A DNA stretch of 64,000 bases from Candidatus Aminicenantales bacterium (lineage in GTDB: Bacteria; Acidobacteriota; Aminicenantia; Aminicenantales; UBA4085), in assembly GCA_049515535.1 (NCBI GenBank), contig JBEKTZ010000014.1, positions 1 through 64,000 of the forward strand. The letters are read 5' to 3'. The translations under genes were made by a program, and so were the position numbers. This document shows, one piece after another, positions 35,787 to 45,255 of the stretch. How positions within the stretch are numbered: position 1 is the stretch's first letter; each line of letters starts with the position of its first letter. Below the pieces are notes generated by a model. The model searched no databases. It was given only the letters and a program-made list of their open reading frames with translations, and was not told the origin of the DNA.

Positions 35787-38700
35787 ATGAAGCAGGCCAA
35801 ACTCTTGACGCTGGTTTTGGCGGCCGCGCTCCTGGCCGGCTGCGGCCGATTGCGACCCGCGCCGGCGATCTATGTCGCCAAAGACGCCGCGGCCCTCGAG
35901 AATTTCGCCGCGGCCGAATTGCGGCGCTATATCTATTTGGCCACGGGCGAACTTGCCGCCGTCGTCAAAATCGATTCCGCGAGGGATTTGAAAAGGCCGG
36001 GCGTCATTTTATCGCGAAAAGGAAGGCTTCTTCAGGACGGAACGACCCAAAAAAGCGATGTCGAGAAAGTCCCGCCGGAGATATTCCTCAAACTCGGACC
36101 CGAGGATTACCGGCTGAAGACGCTCCTGCGGAACGACCGGCGTTACCTTCTCATCGCTTACGGCGAGGGGGCCGGCGTCCTTTATGGGACATACGCTTTC
36201 GTCGAGAAATTGGGCGTCCGCTTTTATTTGGACGGCGACGTCGTCCCCGATGAGAAGACCCAATTCGAGATCCCGGAGCTGGATGAGCCGGCCCGGCCCC
36301 TCTTCGCCCTGAGAGGCATCCAGCCCTTTCATGATTTTGCCGAAGGCCCCGACTGGTGGGACGAAGACGCCTACAAAGCCGTCCTCGGCCAGCTTCCCAA
36401 ACTCCGGATGAATTTTTTCGGCCTCCACACATATCCGGAAAAAAACCCGAACGCCGAGCCGACGGTCTGGATCGGCCTGCCGGGGGACTTCGTCGAGGAC
36501 GGCCGTGTGTCGTTCGCCTATCCCTCGAGCTATCAGAACACGATGAGGGCCAACCCGTGGTCCCACAATTGGGGATATCAGCCCAAAAAGACCGGCGATT
36601 TTCATTTCGGGGCGGGCGAGCTTTTCGAGCGCGACGAATACGGGGCGAAAGTCATGGGCGGCCTTATGCCCGAGCCGAAGACGTCCAAGGAGTCGAACGA
36701 CCTCTTCAACCGGACGGCCGCGATGCTGCGCGGCGCGTTCGCCTTCGGCCGGAAGCTCGGCGTCCGGACGTGCGTCGGGACCGAGACGCCGCTTGTCGTT
36801 CCGGCCCTTGTCCAGGAGCGTTTGAAGAAAAAAGGCCTGGACCCCGGAGATCCGAAGGTCACCAAGGAGCTCTATAAGGGGATTTTCCAGAGAATCGCGG
36901 CGTCCTATCCGCTGGATTATTATTGGTTCTGGACGTCGGAAAACTGGACGTGGTCGGACGCGAGCGATGAATCGATCAAGGCCGTGACGACGGACCTGGA
37001 CATGGCCGTGCAGGCGGCGCGGGAAACGAACAGCCCGTTCGGTCTGGCGACGTGCGGCTGGGTCCTCGGCCCGCCGAGCCGCCGGACGCTTTTCGACCAG
37101 GTCCTTCCGAAAACGGTGGCGGCCAGCACGATCAACCGGGAAGTGGGGAAGGCGCCCGTCGACCCCAGTTTCGCCGGGATCGAAGGCCGTTCCAAATGGG
37201 CGATTCCATGGCTCGAGGACGATCCCTCGCTCACTTCTCCCCAGCTCTGGGTAGGGCGGATGCGCCGCGACGCCGTGGACGCGCTCAAGTACGGCTGCGA
37301 CGGCCTCATGGGCATTCACTGGCGGACGCGCATCCTGTCGCCGAACGCGCTGGCCCTGGCCAGGGCGGCCTGGGATCAGGGTTGGAACACGCTGCCGACC
37401 GGTTTCAAAGAAGTCGTGGGCCCGATCAACGGCGAATATAAAACGCTTCCCGCGGACCGGGACATCGCGGGGACCACGGAAGCGGATGTCTATAGAGACG
37501 TCCGGGACCGCGTTTACGGATATCACCTGCTCGTCCCGGACGGGACATATTCCGTCACTCTGAAATTCTGCGAGGAAGAATTCGACCGGAAAGGGGCGCG
37601 CGTTTTCGACGTGATCATTCAAGGCAGGAAAGTGGCGGAAAAACTGGATATTTTCGAACGCGCTGGACGGTACAAGGCGCTCGATCTCGTTTTCAAAAAG
37701 GTCGAGGTGAGCAGCGGCCGGCTGGCCGTCGATTTCGGCGACCGGATCCATTATCCTTCGCTCGCCGGGCTCGCGATCGAGGGCACGGCGAAAAGCGGCG
37801 AAACCTACGTCAAAAAAATCAATTGCGGCGGGCCTAAAGTCCGGGATTACGAGGCCGACTGGCCGCAGACGCCGCGCGATCTCGCCACGCGCGATTTTTA
37901 TCTGGACTGGGCGATGAATCAGTTCGGCTTGACGGCGGCCAACGAGATCGCCGGACTTTTCGCGGAGGTCGACGGAAAACTCCCGATCCCGGTCAACTGG
38001 ACCAACGGGCCGGGCGGCATCGCTCCCGACAAGAGGCCCTGGACCGAGGTCCGGAAGAGTTTCCAATTCGTGGACGAGATGGCCGCTTTGCGGCCCCGGA
38101 TCACGAGCCCCGGCTATCTCGAGCGCTTCGATTACTGGCTGAACAATTTCGATGACATGCGCGAGATCGCCCATTATCAATGTCTCTGGTGGGAGTACAA
38201 TCAAGACCTTGAGAAAACCAAAGCCGAAACGGATCCGGACAAGAAGGGCAGACTGATCCGGGAATCGCTCCTTCCGGCGAGGGTCAAAATGGTCCTTTCG
38301 CTGAAGGGGATCTTCCGCGACCTGCTGGCCACGGTGAGCAACACCGGCGAACTCGGGACGATCGCCAATTGGGAACAGCACAATATGCCGGATTCGATCG
38401 AGAAACCGGGGGAGGAGCTCCAAAAGATGCTGGGCGGGGCCCTGCTTCCGCCGGAAGCGAGGCTGTCGAGCGTCTATGAGGGACTGCCGAGGATCATCGT
38501 GCCGACGGTTCGTTCGAGCCTCGAATCCGGCGAAAACCTGATGTTGAAGGTCATCATCCTGGCCCAGGATCTTCCTTCCGAATCGGCCCTCTATTGGAGA
38601 GACCTCGGGAAAGGTCCATTTCGGGCCGTCCCGCTGGAGCGAGTCGGACGCTGCGTTTACGCGGTGACAATGCCCGACGTTGGCGCGGACATCGAGTATT

Positions 38701-38789
38701 ATATCAAGGCGAGAGTTGACGGGAAGGATATCGTTTATCCGCCGACCGCCCCGGAATTGAATCAGACGATCGTCATCATTCCCAGGTGA
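35787..38789 (+). CDS. Large lipoprotein glycoside-hydrolase-like protein with internal malectin domain
   Basis: Lipobox LAGC; GH20/GH67-like N-terminus (FAAAELRRY..GVLYGTY); LRMNFFGLH; malectin GTYSVTLKFCE..RVFDVIIQG. Confidence 0.75.
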   Translation: MKQAKLLTLVLAAALLAGCGRLRPAPAIYVAKDAAALENFAAAELRRYIYLATGELAAVVKIDSARDLKRPGVILSRKGRLLQDGTTQKSDVEKVPPEIFLKLGPEDYRLKTLLRNDRRYLLIAYGEGAGVLYGTYAFVEKLGVRFYLDGDVVPDEKTQFEIPELDEPARPLFALRGIQPFHDFAEGPDWWDEDAYKAVLGQLPKLRMNFFGLHTYPEKNPNAEPTVWIGLPGDFVEDGRVSFAYPSSYQNTMRANPWSHNWGYQPKKTGDFHFGAGELFERDEYGAKVMGGLMPEPKTSKESNDLFNRTAAMLRGAFAFGRKLGVRTCVGTETPLVVPALVQERLKKKGLDPGDPKVTKELYKGIFQRIAASYPLDYYWFWTSENWTWSDASDESIKAVTTDLDMAVQAARETNSPFGLATCGWVLGPPSRRTLFDQVLPKTVAASTINREVGKAPVDPSFAGIEGRSKWAIPWLEDDPSLTSPQLWVGRMRRDAVDALKYGCDGLMGIHWRTRILSPNALALARAAWDQGWNTLPTGFKEVVGPINGEYKTLPADRDIAGTTEADVYRDVRDRVYGYHLLVPDGTYSVTLKFCEEEFDRKGARVFDVIIQGRKVAEKLDIFERAGRYKALDLVFKKVEVSSGRLAVDFGDRIHYPSLAGLAIEGTAKSGETYVKKINCGGPKVRDYEADWPQTPRDLATRDFYLDWAMNQFGLTAANEIAGLFAEVDGKLPIPVNWTNGPGGIAPDKRPWTEVRKSFQFVDEMAALRPRITSPGYLERFDYWLNNFDDMREIAHYQCLWWEYNQDLEKTKAETDPDKKGRLIRESLLPARVKMVLSLKGIFRDLLATVSNTGELGTIANWEQHNMPDSIEKPGEELQKMLGGALLPPEARLSSVYEGLPRIIVPTVRSSLESGENLMLKVIILAQDLPSESALYWRDLGKGPFRAVPLERVGRCVYAVTMPDVGADIEYYIKARVDGKDIVYPPTAPELNQTIVIIPR

Positions 38790-38796
38790 TACGGAA

Positions 38797-38819
38797 GTCA
38801 ATTTGGAGGGGGACCCGCT
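38797..38819 (-). repeat. Terminal fragment of repeat family A
   Basis: Reverse complement AGCGGGTCCCCCTCCAAATTGAC matches the family A end with one base missing. Confidence 0.6.
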
Positions 38820-38822
38820 CTT

Positions 38823-40151
38823 TTATTGTTTCAGCCAGCGCCTTTCGATGTCTTCGAGCGATTTCCCCTTGGTTTCCGGCAGGAAAAAGAGCATGAAGAT
38901 GAAATCGACGACGCACATGCCCGCGTAGAGCCAGAAGGCGAACGATTCATGGAGCTTGTCGGCGATCACCGGGAACGACAGCGACACGACGAAATCCGCG
39001 AACCAGAGGGCGACGGTGGCGATGGCCATGGCTTGTCCGCGGATACGCGTCGGGAAGATCTCGGCGATGACGACCCAGACGATGGGGCCCATGGCCATGG
39101 CGAAAAAGGCGATGTACAGGAGCGTGAAAACCAGGACCAGCCCGCCCGAAAAGAGCTGGAATTTGAAGGCCGCGCCGAGGAGAATGAACGAGACGCCCAT
39201 GCCTCCGCAGGCCGTGAGCAGCAGGGGCTTTCTCCCCACCCGGTCCACGAGCGCGATGGCCACGATCGTGAAGAGGACGTTGACGAGCCCGACGATCGTC
39301 GATTGGAGGATGGCTGCTCCCCGGGCCAATCCGGCCGTCTCGAAAAACCGCGGCGAGTAATAGATCACGGCGTTGATCCCCGTGATCTGCTGGAAGACGG
39401 CCAAGACCACGCCGACGAGGAGGGCCGTCCGGAATCCCGGCTTGAAAAGCTCGGAGAGCTTCCCCTGTTCGAGGGCCAGCGTTTCCTTTATGCTCAGGAT
39501 CTCGGCCGCCGCCGGCCCCGGCGCGTTTACCCGGCACAGGATTTCGAGCGCCTCTTCGTCCCGGCCCTGTTTCATCAGCCAGCGAGGGCTTTCGGGGACG
39601 CGGAGAACGAGACCGAAGAAAATCACCGCGGGAACCGTCGCCGCGGCGAACATCCAGCGCCAGTTCGAAGGCCCGGCGCCGACGAGGATCCAATTGACGA
39701 AATAGGCCAGCAGGATGCCGGTCACGATGGTCATCTGGTTGATCGAGACGAGCGCTCCGCGGATGCGGGCCGGGGCGATCTCCGAGATGTAAAGCGGGCA
39801 GATAATCGAGGCCGAGCCGATGGCCAGGCCGCCGACGAACCGGAAAACGAGGAATTCCGTCAGATGGCGGGGAATGGCGCAGCCGACGGCCGAGACGAAA
39901 AACAGGGAGGCCGAAATGAGAAGAAAACGCTTCCGCCCCACGCGGTCGCTGGCGGTTCCGGCGATCCAGGTCCCGGCCATGCAGCCGACAAGAACGATGC
40001 TGACGGCCAGTCCCTCGCCGAACGAGCTCAGCGCGAAGCGGACCTTGAGGAAGCGGACCGCGCCGGCGATGATCGCGGTGTCGAAGCCGAAGAGCAGGCC
40101 GCCGATGGCCGCGATCACGGAAACGAAGACGACGTAGGCTCTTTGGCTCAT
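38823..40151 (-). CDS. Sugar porter family MFS transporter
   Basis: GGLLFGFDTA, DRVGRK, YISEIAP..RG, PESPRWL, QQITGIN, PETKG. Confidence 0.96.
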   Translation of the reverse strand: MSQRAYVVFVSVIAAIGGLLFGFDTAIIAGAVRFLKVRFALSSFGEGLAVSIVLVGCMAGTWIAGTASDRVGRKRFLLISASLFFVSAVGCAIPRHLTEFLVFRFVGGLAIGSASIICPLYISEIAPARIRGALVSINQMTIVTGILLAYFVNWILVGAGPSNWRWMFAAATVPAVIFFGLVLRVPESPRWLMKQGRDEEALEILCRVNAPGPAAAEILSIKETLALEQGKLSELFKPGFRTALLVGVVLAVFQQITGINAVIYYSPRFFETAGLARGAAILQSTIVGLVNVLFTIVAIALVDRVGRKPLLLTACGGMGVSFILLGAAFKFQLFSGGLVLVFTLLYIAFFAMAMGPIVWVVIAEIFPTRIRGQAMAIATVALWFADFVVSLSFPVIADKLHESFAFWLYAGMCVVDFIFMLFFLPETKGKSLEDIERRWLKQ

Positions 40152-40155
40152 GGGG

Positions 40156-41418
40156 TCAACCTTTCGCGCCGTTGAATTCCCGGACCGCGGCGAACATGGC
40201 CGCGACGTTCGCGACCGGGACGTTCGCCTGGATGTTGTGAACGGCGTTGAAGACGAACCCGCCGTCCTTGCCGAAGATATCGCAGCGCCGGAGCACGTCC
40301 TCGCGGACGGCCGCCGGCGTCCCGAACATCAGCGTCCCTTGCGTGTCCACCCCCCCGCCCCAGAAGACGATGTCCTTGCCGAATTCGGCTTTGAGCTTTC
40401 CGGCCTCCATGCCGGCCGCCGAGCATTGGACGGGATTGAGGATGTCGAATCCGGACTCGATGATCGACGGGATGAGGGTCGCGACGGCGCCGCAAGAATG
40501 CTTGAAGGTCTTCCACGGGGTGTGGGCGTGAATCCAGTCGTTGATCTTTTTATAGTACGGGGCGTAGAGAGAGCGGAAGGTGTCCACCGAGCAGAACGTG
40601 GACTGCTGCGTGCCGAAATCCGTGCCGCAAACGAAGACGGCCTGGACCCGGTCGCCCACGCGGGCATGGATCTTCGGCAAATTCGCCAGCGCGATTTCGG
40701 CCTGCTTTTCAAAGACCTTCCGGATATAAGACGGCCGGGTCAGCGTCGAGATATACCATTCCTCGATGTCGCGGATCCCTTTCGGATGTTCGAGGAACGG
40801 CGCGGGAATGAGGGCGATGTCGCCGAAAGCCATGCCGCCGAACGTGGCGATGACCGCGCGCCCGGTTCGGGCCGCCGTTTTCGTCGCCTCGTCGAAATAG
40901 GCAAGGTCGGCCTCCGAGATCGGGCTGAACTCCTCCACATTGTCCTCGGGGTCGAGCGAGGCCTCATCGATCGGCTCTTGCCGGACGATGGTGTCGAAGA
41001 AAAAGCCGTCCTTGGGCAGGCGGCCCGAAGGCGGCGCGGCGAGGTTGCCCTTGGGGTAGATGAGCGTGTCACCGTTCCCGTCTTTGGTCGTCTTGAAATG
41101 TCCGGAGACCAGGACCTCGACGCCGTTGTCCATGCGCCAGGGCTTCCATTTCTCGTTGCGAAAGCCGAACATCGTCTCCGCGGCGAAGACGCCTTCGACG
41201 TCGAGGCCCAGGGCCCGTTGGAGATCGTCCTCGATCAGGCCGAGCATTTGGTAAGGCTCGTGGACCTTGACCGGCCGCTTGGCCAGGTCGTAATGCTTGC
41301 GGAGGGCGATGACGACGGCGGCGTGCATGCCCGTGACCGCGGTGCCGCCGAAGTCCACGGGGATCCGGTCGGGCTCCTTGTGGTCGAGCGTTCGGAGGAC
41401 GCGTTCTTTGCCGGTCAT
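40156..41418 (-). CDS. Uroporphyrinogen decarboxylase / methyltransferase (URO-D) family protein
   Basis: EPDRIPVDFGG, TDFGTQ, KHSCG, FDILNPVQ, FWGGGVDTQ, HNIQ. Confidence 0.88.
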   Translation of the reverse strand: MTGKERVLRTLDHKEPDRIPVDFGGTAVTGMHAAVVIALRKHYDLAKRPVKVHEPYQMLGLIEDDLQRALGLDVEGVFAAETMFGFRNEKWKPWRMDNGVEVLVSGHFKTTKDGNGDTLIYPKGNLAAPPSGRLPKDGFFFDTIVRQEPIDEASLDPEDNVEEFSPISEADLAYFDEATKTAARTGRAVIATFGGMAFGDIALIPAPFLEHPKGIRDIEEWYISTLTRPSYIRKVFEKQAEIALANLPKIHARVGDRVQAVFVCGTDFGTQQSTFCSVDTFRSLYAPYYKKINDWIHAHTPWKTFKHSCGAVATLIPSIIESGFDILNPVQCSAAGMEAGKLKAEFGKDIVFWGGGVDTQGTLMFGTPAAVREDVLRRCDIFGKDGGFVFNAVHNIQANVPVANVAAMFAAVREFNGAKG

Positions 41419-41579
41419 GCCTCTCCTTGAGACGAAACCTGCGTGTTCCTCAGCTTACATATTTTCGGCCGCCTTTGCAAAAGGAAAAAGGAAAAAGCGC
41501 TGACCATAGTCCAGTACTTCGTTTAGGAAAAAGCGGGTTTGACAATCCCGCTTTATGTCGCATGGATATCGAATCATTT

Positions 41580-43712
41580 TTATTTAAAGAGCGGGATCGT
41601 CAGCTCGAACGTCCGGTCTTTTTTCCGTTGGGCGATCTTGCCTTCGGCGGCCCAGGCGCCGAGATGCACGACGATCCTTTTCAAGCCTTCGTTCTCCGGA
41701 GGCGTCAGGGAAAGATGCGCCGCCTTGCCGTCGGCTGCGACCTCAAGCCTCATCGAGACGGGCCCGAAGTCCGTGGAGATGTTTTTCAGTTCGGTCGCCG
41801 CGCCCGGGCCGAGCCATGGCCGCGGAATCCCTTCGAGCAGGTGAAGTTCGGAACCGCGCTCTAAAACGAGCAGGTTCCGCGTCAGCCGGATGAACTCGGC
41901 GCTGGCCCAATTATGGGGCATGTCGCCGACGAAATGATCGCCGTTTTCTTTGCCTTGGGGCGCCTGCTCCTCGCGCCAGGCCCGCATCGGCGAGGCGTGG
42001 TTGGCGAACGCGTAAAGGATTTCGGCGGCTTTCTGCCCGTGTCCCAGCCAGAGATGGGCGTGGGCGTAAAAAGACGCGAAATAATTCCAGATGCCGCCGG
42101 CCATCCAGCCGGTCCCGAGGACGAGGCCCTCCTTCTCGTGCTCATCCAAAAGCCGCAGGGTGCCGAGGGCGAGCGGGTCGCCTGCGGCGAAGAGCTTTCC
42201 CGGATAGACCGCATGACAGAAACCCCATTGGCCCCGGACGGGATCGATGCCTTCCTGCGGCTTCATCAAAATCGGAAGGGTGAAGAGTCCGCCGTCGGCG
42301 GGCTTGGCGTCGCGTTTGGCCGCCGCCCGAAACGTCGCATAAAAATCCTTGAATTCCGCCTCCCACGCCTTGAGCTCCGGCGCCCGAATGAGCCGCGCCG
42401 CCTCGACCGCCGCTTTCAATCCGGCCAGGTTCCAGTAAACGTTCGTGTATTCGGGGACGACCCCGCCGATCCCGCCGTCGGGAAATCCGGGCGGCATGAG
42501 CCCGGCCTCGGGCGCGGACGGCGCCGAGCGGCTGCGCTTCCGGAGCTCTTGAATGACCCCCACGACGCGCTTCACGATCGCCCAGTTCTGCCGAAGCCAG
42601 GCCGTGTCCTGGGTCAAGAGCGCGTGGCGGTAAATGATGTAAAGGACGATCCCGTTCTCTTTCCAGTAGTTCGCCAGGATCTCGAACGAGCCGTCGGGTT
42701 TTTGGCGGGTGAGAAGATGCTGGATACCGGCCCGGGCCTCTTGTCCGCGGCCCAAAAACGTCATCGCTTCCAAAATGAAGGCGCCGTCCACGATCCACAA
42801 GCCCCTGTAACAGGTCGGTCCGACCTGGAAGATGGGCAGGCCGTCCTTGAGTTCCCGCGCCTGATAAATGTTCCGGACGCAGGAATCCAGGATGTCCTGC
42901 GCGGCGGGGTCGGGAACGCGGAGGACATCATAGGGAAAATCCCGCGATGTCCAGTAGCGAACCGCCCGTTCGGGTTGGGTCTTGGCCCAGTCGAGCGAAA
43001 CGTTTCCCGTTTCGTGGCCGGATGCGCAATAGACCGCCAGTTCTTCGACCCGCGGCGGGAAAATAATCTTGAGCCCGTTTTTAACCTGGGCGAGGCCGCT
43101 CCATGCGGCGCTCATGCTCAGGAAGCGTTGCCGGCCGCGGAACACGATGAGGTCCGCGATCTCGATCGGCTGCTTCGAATGGATCGTCAGGGAGATCGAA
43201 TTCGATCCCGGAGCCTTCTTGATCAGAAGCAAATCGCCCCGGGGCGGTTTGTCATATTTCGCTTCGGCGAATTTCTTGTTGATGGGAAGGTTCTGGCCCT
43301 CGCCCGGGACGACGGCCATGGCGCTCCAGCGGAGCCGTTCCTTCCCCGCGGCGTCCGAGAGGACGGTCGCGACAACCGGGACGCGCGGGTTTTCCATGCG
43401 CTGATCGGAGGTCATTCCGCCGGTCCCTTCCAAGGAGACGGAGACCTTGGTCCCGAAGCCGGAAAAATCTCCCGGGTAGTCGTAGAGCAGCGCTCCCTCT
43501 TTCGAAACGAGCGTCTTCTGCCAGTCGTCCGGCAGTCCGATGGCCGTCTGCCACCAGGGAGGCGCGAAGCGGAAATCGGCCTTGAACGCGTCCTCCTTTT
43601 CGCGAGCCAAGGGGGCCGGCGTCGCGTCGCGCTTAAAGCCGAGCTTCTGTCCCGGATGACAGGCCAGGGCGGAGAGGAGGATCAGGCCGACGAGCGCGAT
43701 TTTTTTTCTCAT
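41580..43712 (-). CDS. Lipoprotein with six-hairpin glycosidase-like C-terminal domain
   Basis: Lipobox ALAC; YRGLWIVDG, GLMPPGFPDGG, WREEQ, GDMPHNWASAE. Confidence 0.7.
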   Translation of the reverse strand: MRKKIALVGLILLSALACHPGQKLGFKRDATPAPLAREKEDAFKADFRFAPPWWQTAIGLPDDWQKTLVSKEGALLYDYPGDFSGFGTKVSVSLEGTGGMTSDQRMENPRVPVVATVLSDAAGKERLRWSAMAVVPGEGQNLPINKKFAEAKYDKPPRGDLLLIKKAPGSNSISLTIHSKQPIEIADLIVFRGRQRFLSMSAAWSGLAQVKNGLKIIFPPRVEELAVYCASGHETGNVSLDWAKTQPERAVRYWTSRDFPYDVLRVPDPAAQDILDSCVRNIYQARELKDGLPIFQVGPTCYRGLWIVDGAFILEAMTFLGRGQEARAGIQHLLTRQKPDGSFEILANYWKENGIVLYIIYRHALLTQDTAWLRQNWAIVKRVVGVIQELRKRSRSAPSAPEAGLMPPGFPDGGIGGVVPEYTNVYWNLAGLKAAVEAARLIRAPELKAWEAEFKDFYATFRAAAKRDAKPADGGLFTLPILMKPQEGIDPVRGQWGFCHAVYPGKLFAAGDPLALGTLRLLDEHEKEGLVLGTGWMAGGIWNYFASFYAHAHLWLGHGQKAAEILYAFANHASPMRAWREEQAPQGKENGDHFVGDMPHNWASAEFIRLTRNLLVLERGSELHLLEGIPRPWLGPGAATELKNISTDFGPVSMRLEVAADGKAAHLSLTPPENEGLKRIVVHLGAWAAEGKIAQRKKDRTFELTIPLFK

Positions 43713-43771
43713 GGCTGCCTCGCTTACATAAAATGGCGTCGCGAACCGCCCGGCGCGGTCCTCCCGCCGAT

Positions 43772-45118
43772 TCAGCGGCGATCCGTTTCGCGGGATTTAT
43801 TGATCCTACGCATCAAGAGAAAAAAGGGAAACCCGGTCGCGAAAAAAGCCGTGCCGATCAAGGCCTGCTTCGTTTGCGTCAGCAATATGTTCAACGATAT
43901 GCCCAGGAGGAAGATCACGAACAAGGCGGGCAGCACGGGATAGAGAGGCGCTTTGTAGCCGTCATAGGAGGCGGCGGTCGCCCGGGCTTTCCGCCGGAGG
44001 ACGAAGATCGTCGATGCCACGACGGCGATGTTCGCGCAGTCGAGGAACATGACGTAGTTCACAATGCTTTCGAATGTCCCCAGAAAAAATATCGAGATGA
44101 GGATCATGCCTCCCAGGAACAGGAGGCCGGATTCCTGGGCTTGCGTCCGCGGATGGACTTTTTTGAACAGGGGCGGCAAGGCCCTGTCCTCGGCCATGGC
44201 GTAGTAGATGCGCGGCATGTGCATCAGGGTCGCGTTCAGGAAACCCAGGGCCGAAATGACGATGCCCAGCGAGACGAAGAGGTAGCCGAAATTTCCGAAG
44301 ACGGACTTGGCCGTTTCGGCCGCGACGAGCTTCGCCGAAGCCACGCCGGAAAGCCCCAGTACCCTGACATAGGCGAAGTTGATGCTCAAATAGCAGGCGA
44401 TGATGATCAGCACGCCGAGGAAGATCGCGCGCGGCATATTCTTTGGCGCGTTTTTGACGTCGGCGCCCAGATTGATCGTGTGGTGGTATCCTCCGTAGGT
44501 GTAAAAGACGGAGATGAGGGCCGCGGCCAGGGCCGGCCACCATGAGCCGTTGGATGTCGCGGCGGCCGCGACTGGGGCCGGACCTGCGCCGTAGTGAAGG
44601 GCGGCGATGACGATCAGCCCGATCATACCGACCTTGAGCGCGGTCAGAATGTTCTGGGCCCAGGCGCCGGGCTTGATCCCCAGCCAGTTGATGACAAGAA
44701 GGACGAGCGTCAAGGCCGCTGCAGTCAGTTGGACGGCCGTCGGGGTCTGGAGTTTTGCGGGCAGGAGGATCGGGTTGAGATGTTCGGCGCCGATGATGGA
44801 CACGGCCGCGACGCCGGCGCCGTTGACGATGATGACGTTCGTCCAATTGAGCATGAAGGCCGGGGCGCTGCCGTAGTGTTCGGCCACGATTTTGTAGAAG
44901 GAACCGGGCCGGGCATAGCGCGAGCCGATCTCGGCGAACGTTAGGGCGCCGAGCAGGCTGATGAAGCCCCCGAGGATCCAGGCGACGAAGAAAACGGCGG
45001 GCCTGTGGCCGGCCTTGGTCGCGACTATGGCCGGCGTGCGGAAGATGCCGATCCCGATGACGAGGCTCACGACGACCATCGTCGTGTCGAACGTCGTCAG
45101 CTTCGCCTTGATGGCCAT
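43772..45118 (-). CDS. APC-family amino acid permease
   Basis: VIGIGIFRTP, GALTFAEIG, YTYGGY, RIYYAMAED. Confidence 0.92.
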   Translation of the reverse strand: MAIKAKLTTFDTTMVVVSLVIGIGIFRTPAIVATKAGHRPAVFFVAWILGGFISLLGALTFAEIGSRYARPGSFYKIVAEHYGSAPAFMLNWTNVIIVNGAGVAAVSIIGAEHLNPILLPAKLQTPTAVQLTAAALTLVLLVINWLGIKPGAWAQNILTALKVGMIGLIVIAALHYGAGPAPVAAAATSNGSWWPALAAALISVFYTYGGYHHTINLGADVKNAPKNMPRAIFLGVLIIIACYLSINFAYVRVLGLSGVASAKLVAAETAKSVFGNFGYLFVSLGIVISALGFLNATLMHMPRIYYAMAEDRALPPLFKKVHPRTQAQESGLLFLGGMILISIFFLGTFESIVNYVMFLDCANIAVVASTIFVLRRKARATAASYDGYKAPLYPVLPALFVIFLLGISLNILLTQTKQALIGTAFFATGFPFFLLMRRINKSRETDRR

Positions 45119-45255
45119 GATATTTATCGCGAATCCTCCGTCCCCTCCCTTGCTATTGAGGAGGAAACGGGGCTATGACATCAGGAACTTTCCTCTCCCC
45201 TCAGTTTTTAGAGCGAAAGAGGCGGCGGCCGCCGAAGCGCCGGAAAGCCGGTCCC

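Noticed and set aside
36009..38801. 930-aa antisense ORF and similar long antisense ORFs (e.g. 29117-30766, 41913-43943)
   Set aside because: They mirror well-supported genes, a common effect of GC-rich codon bias, and show no motifs
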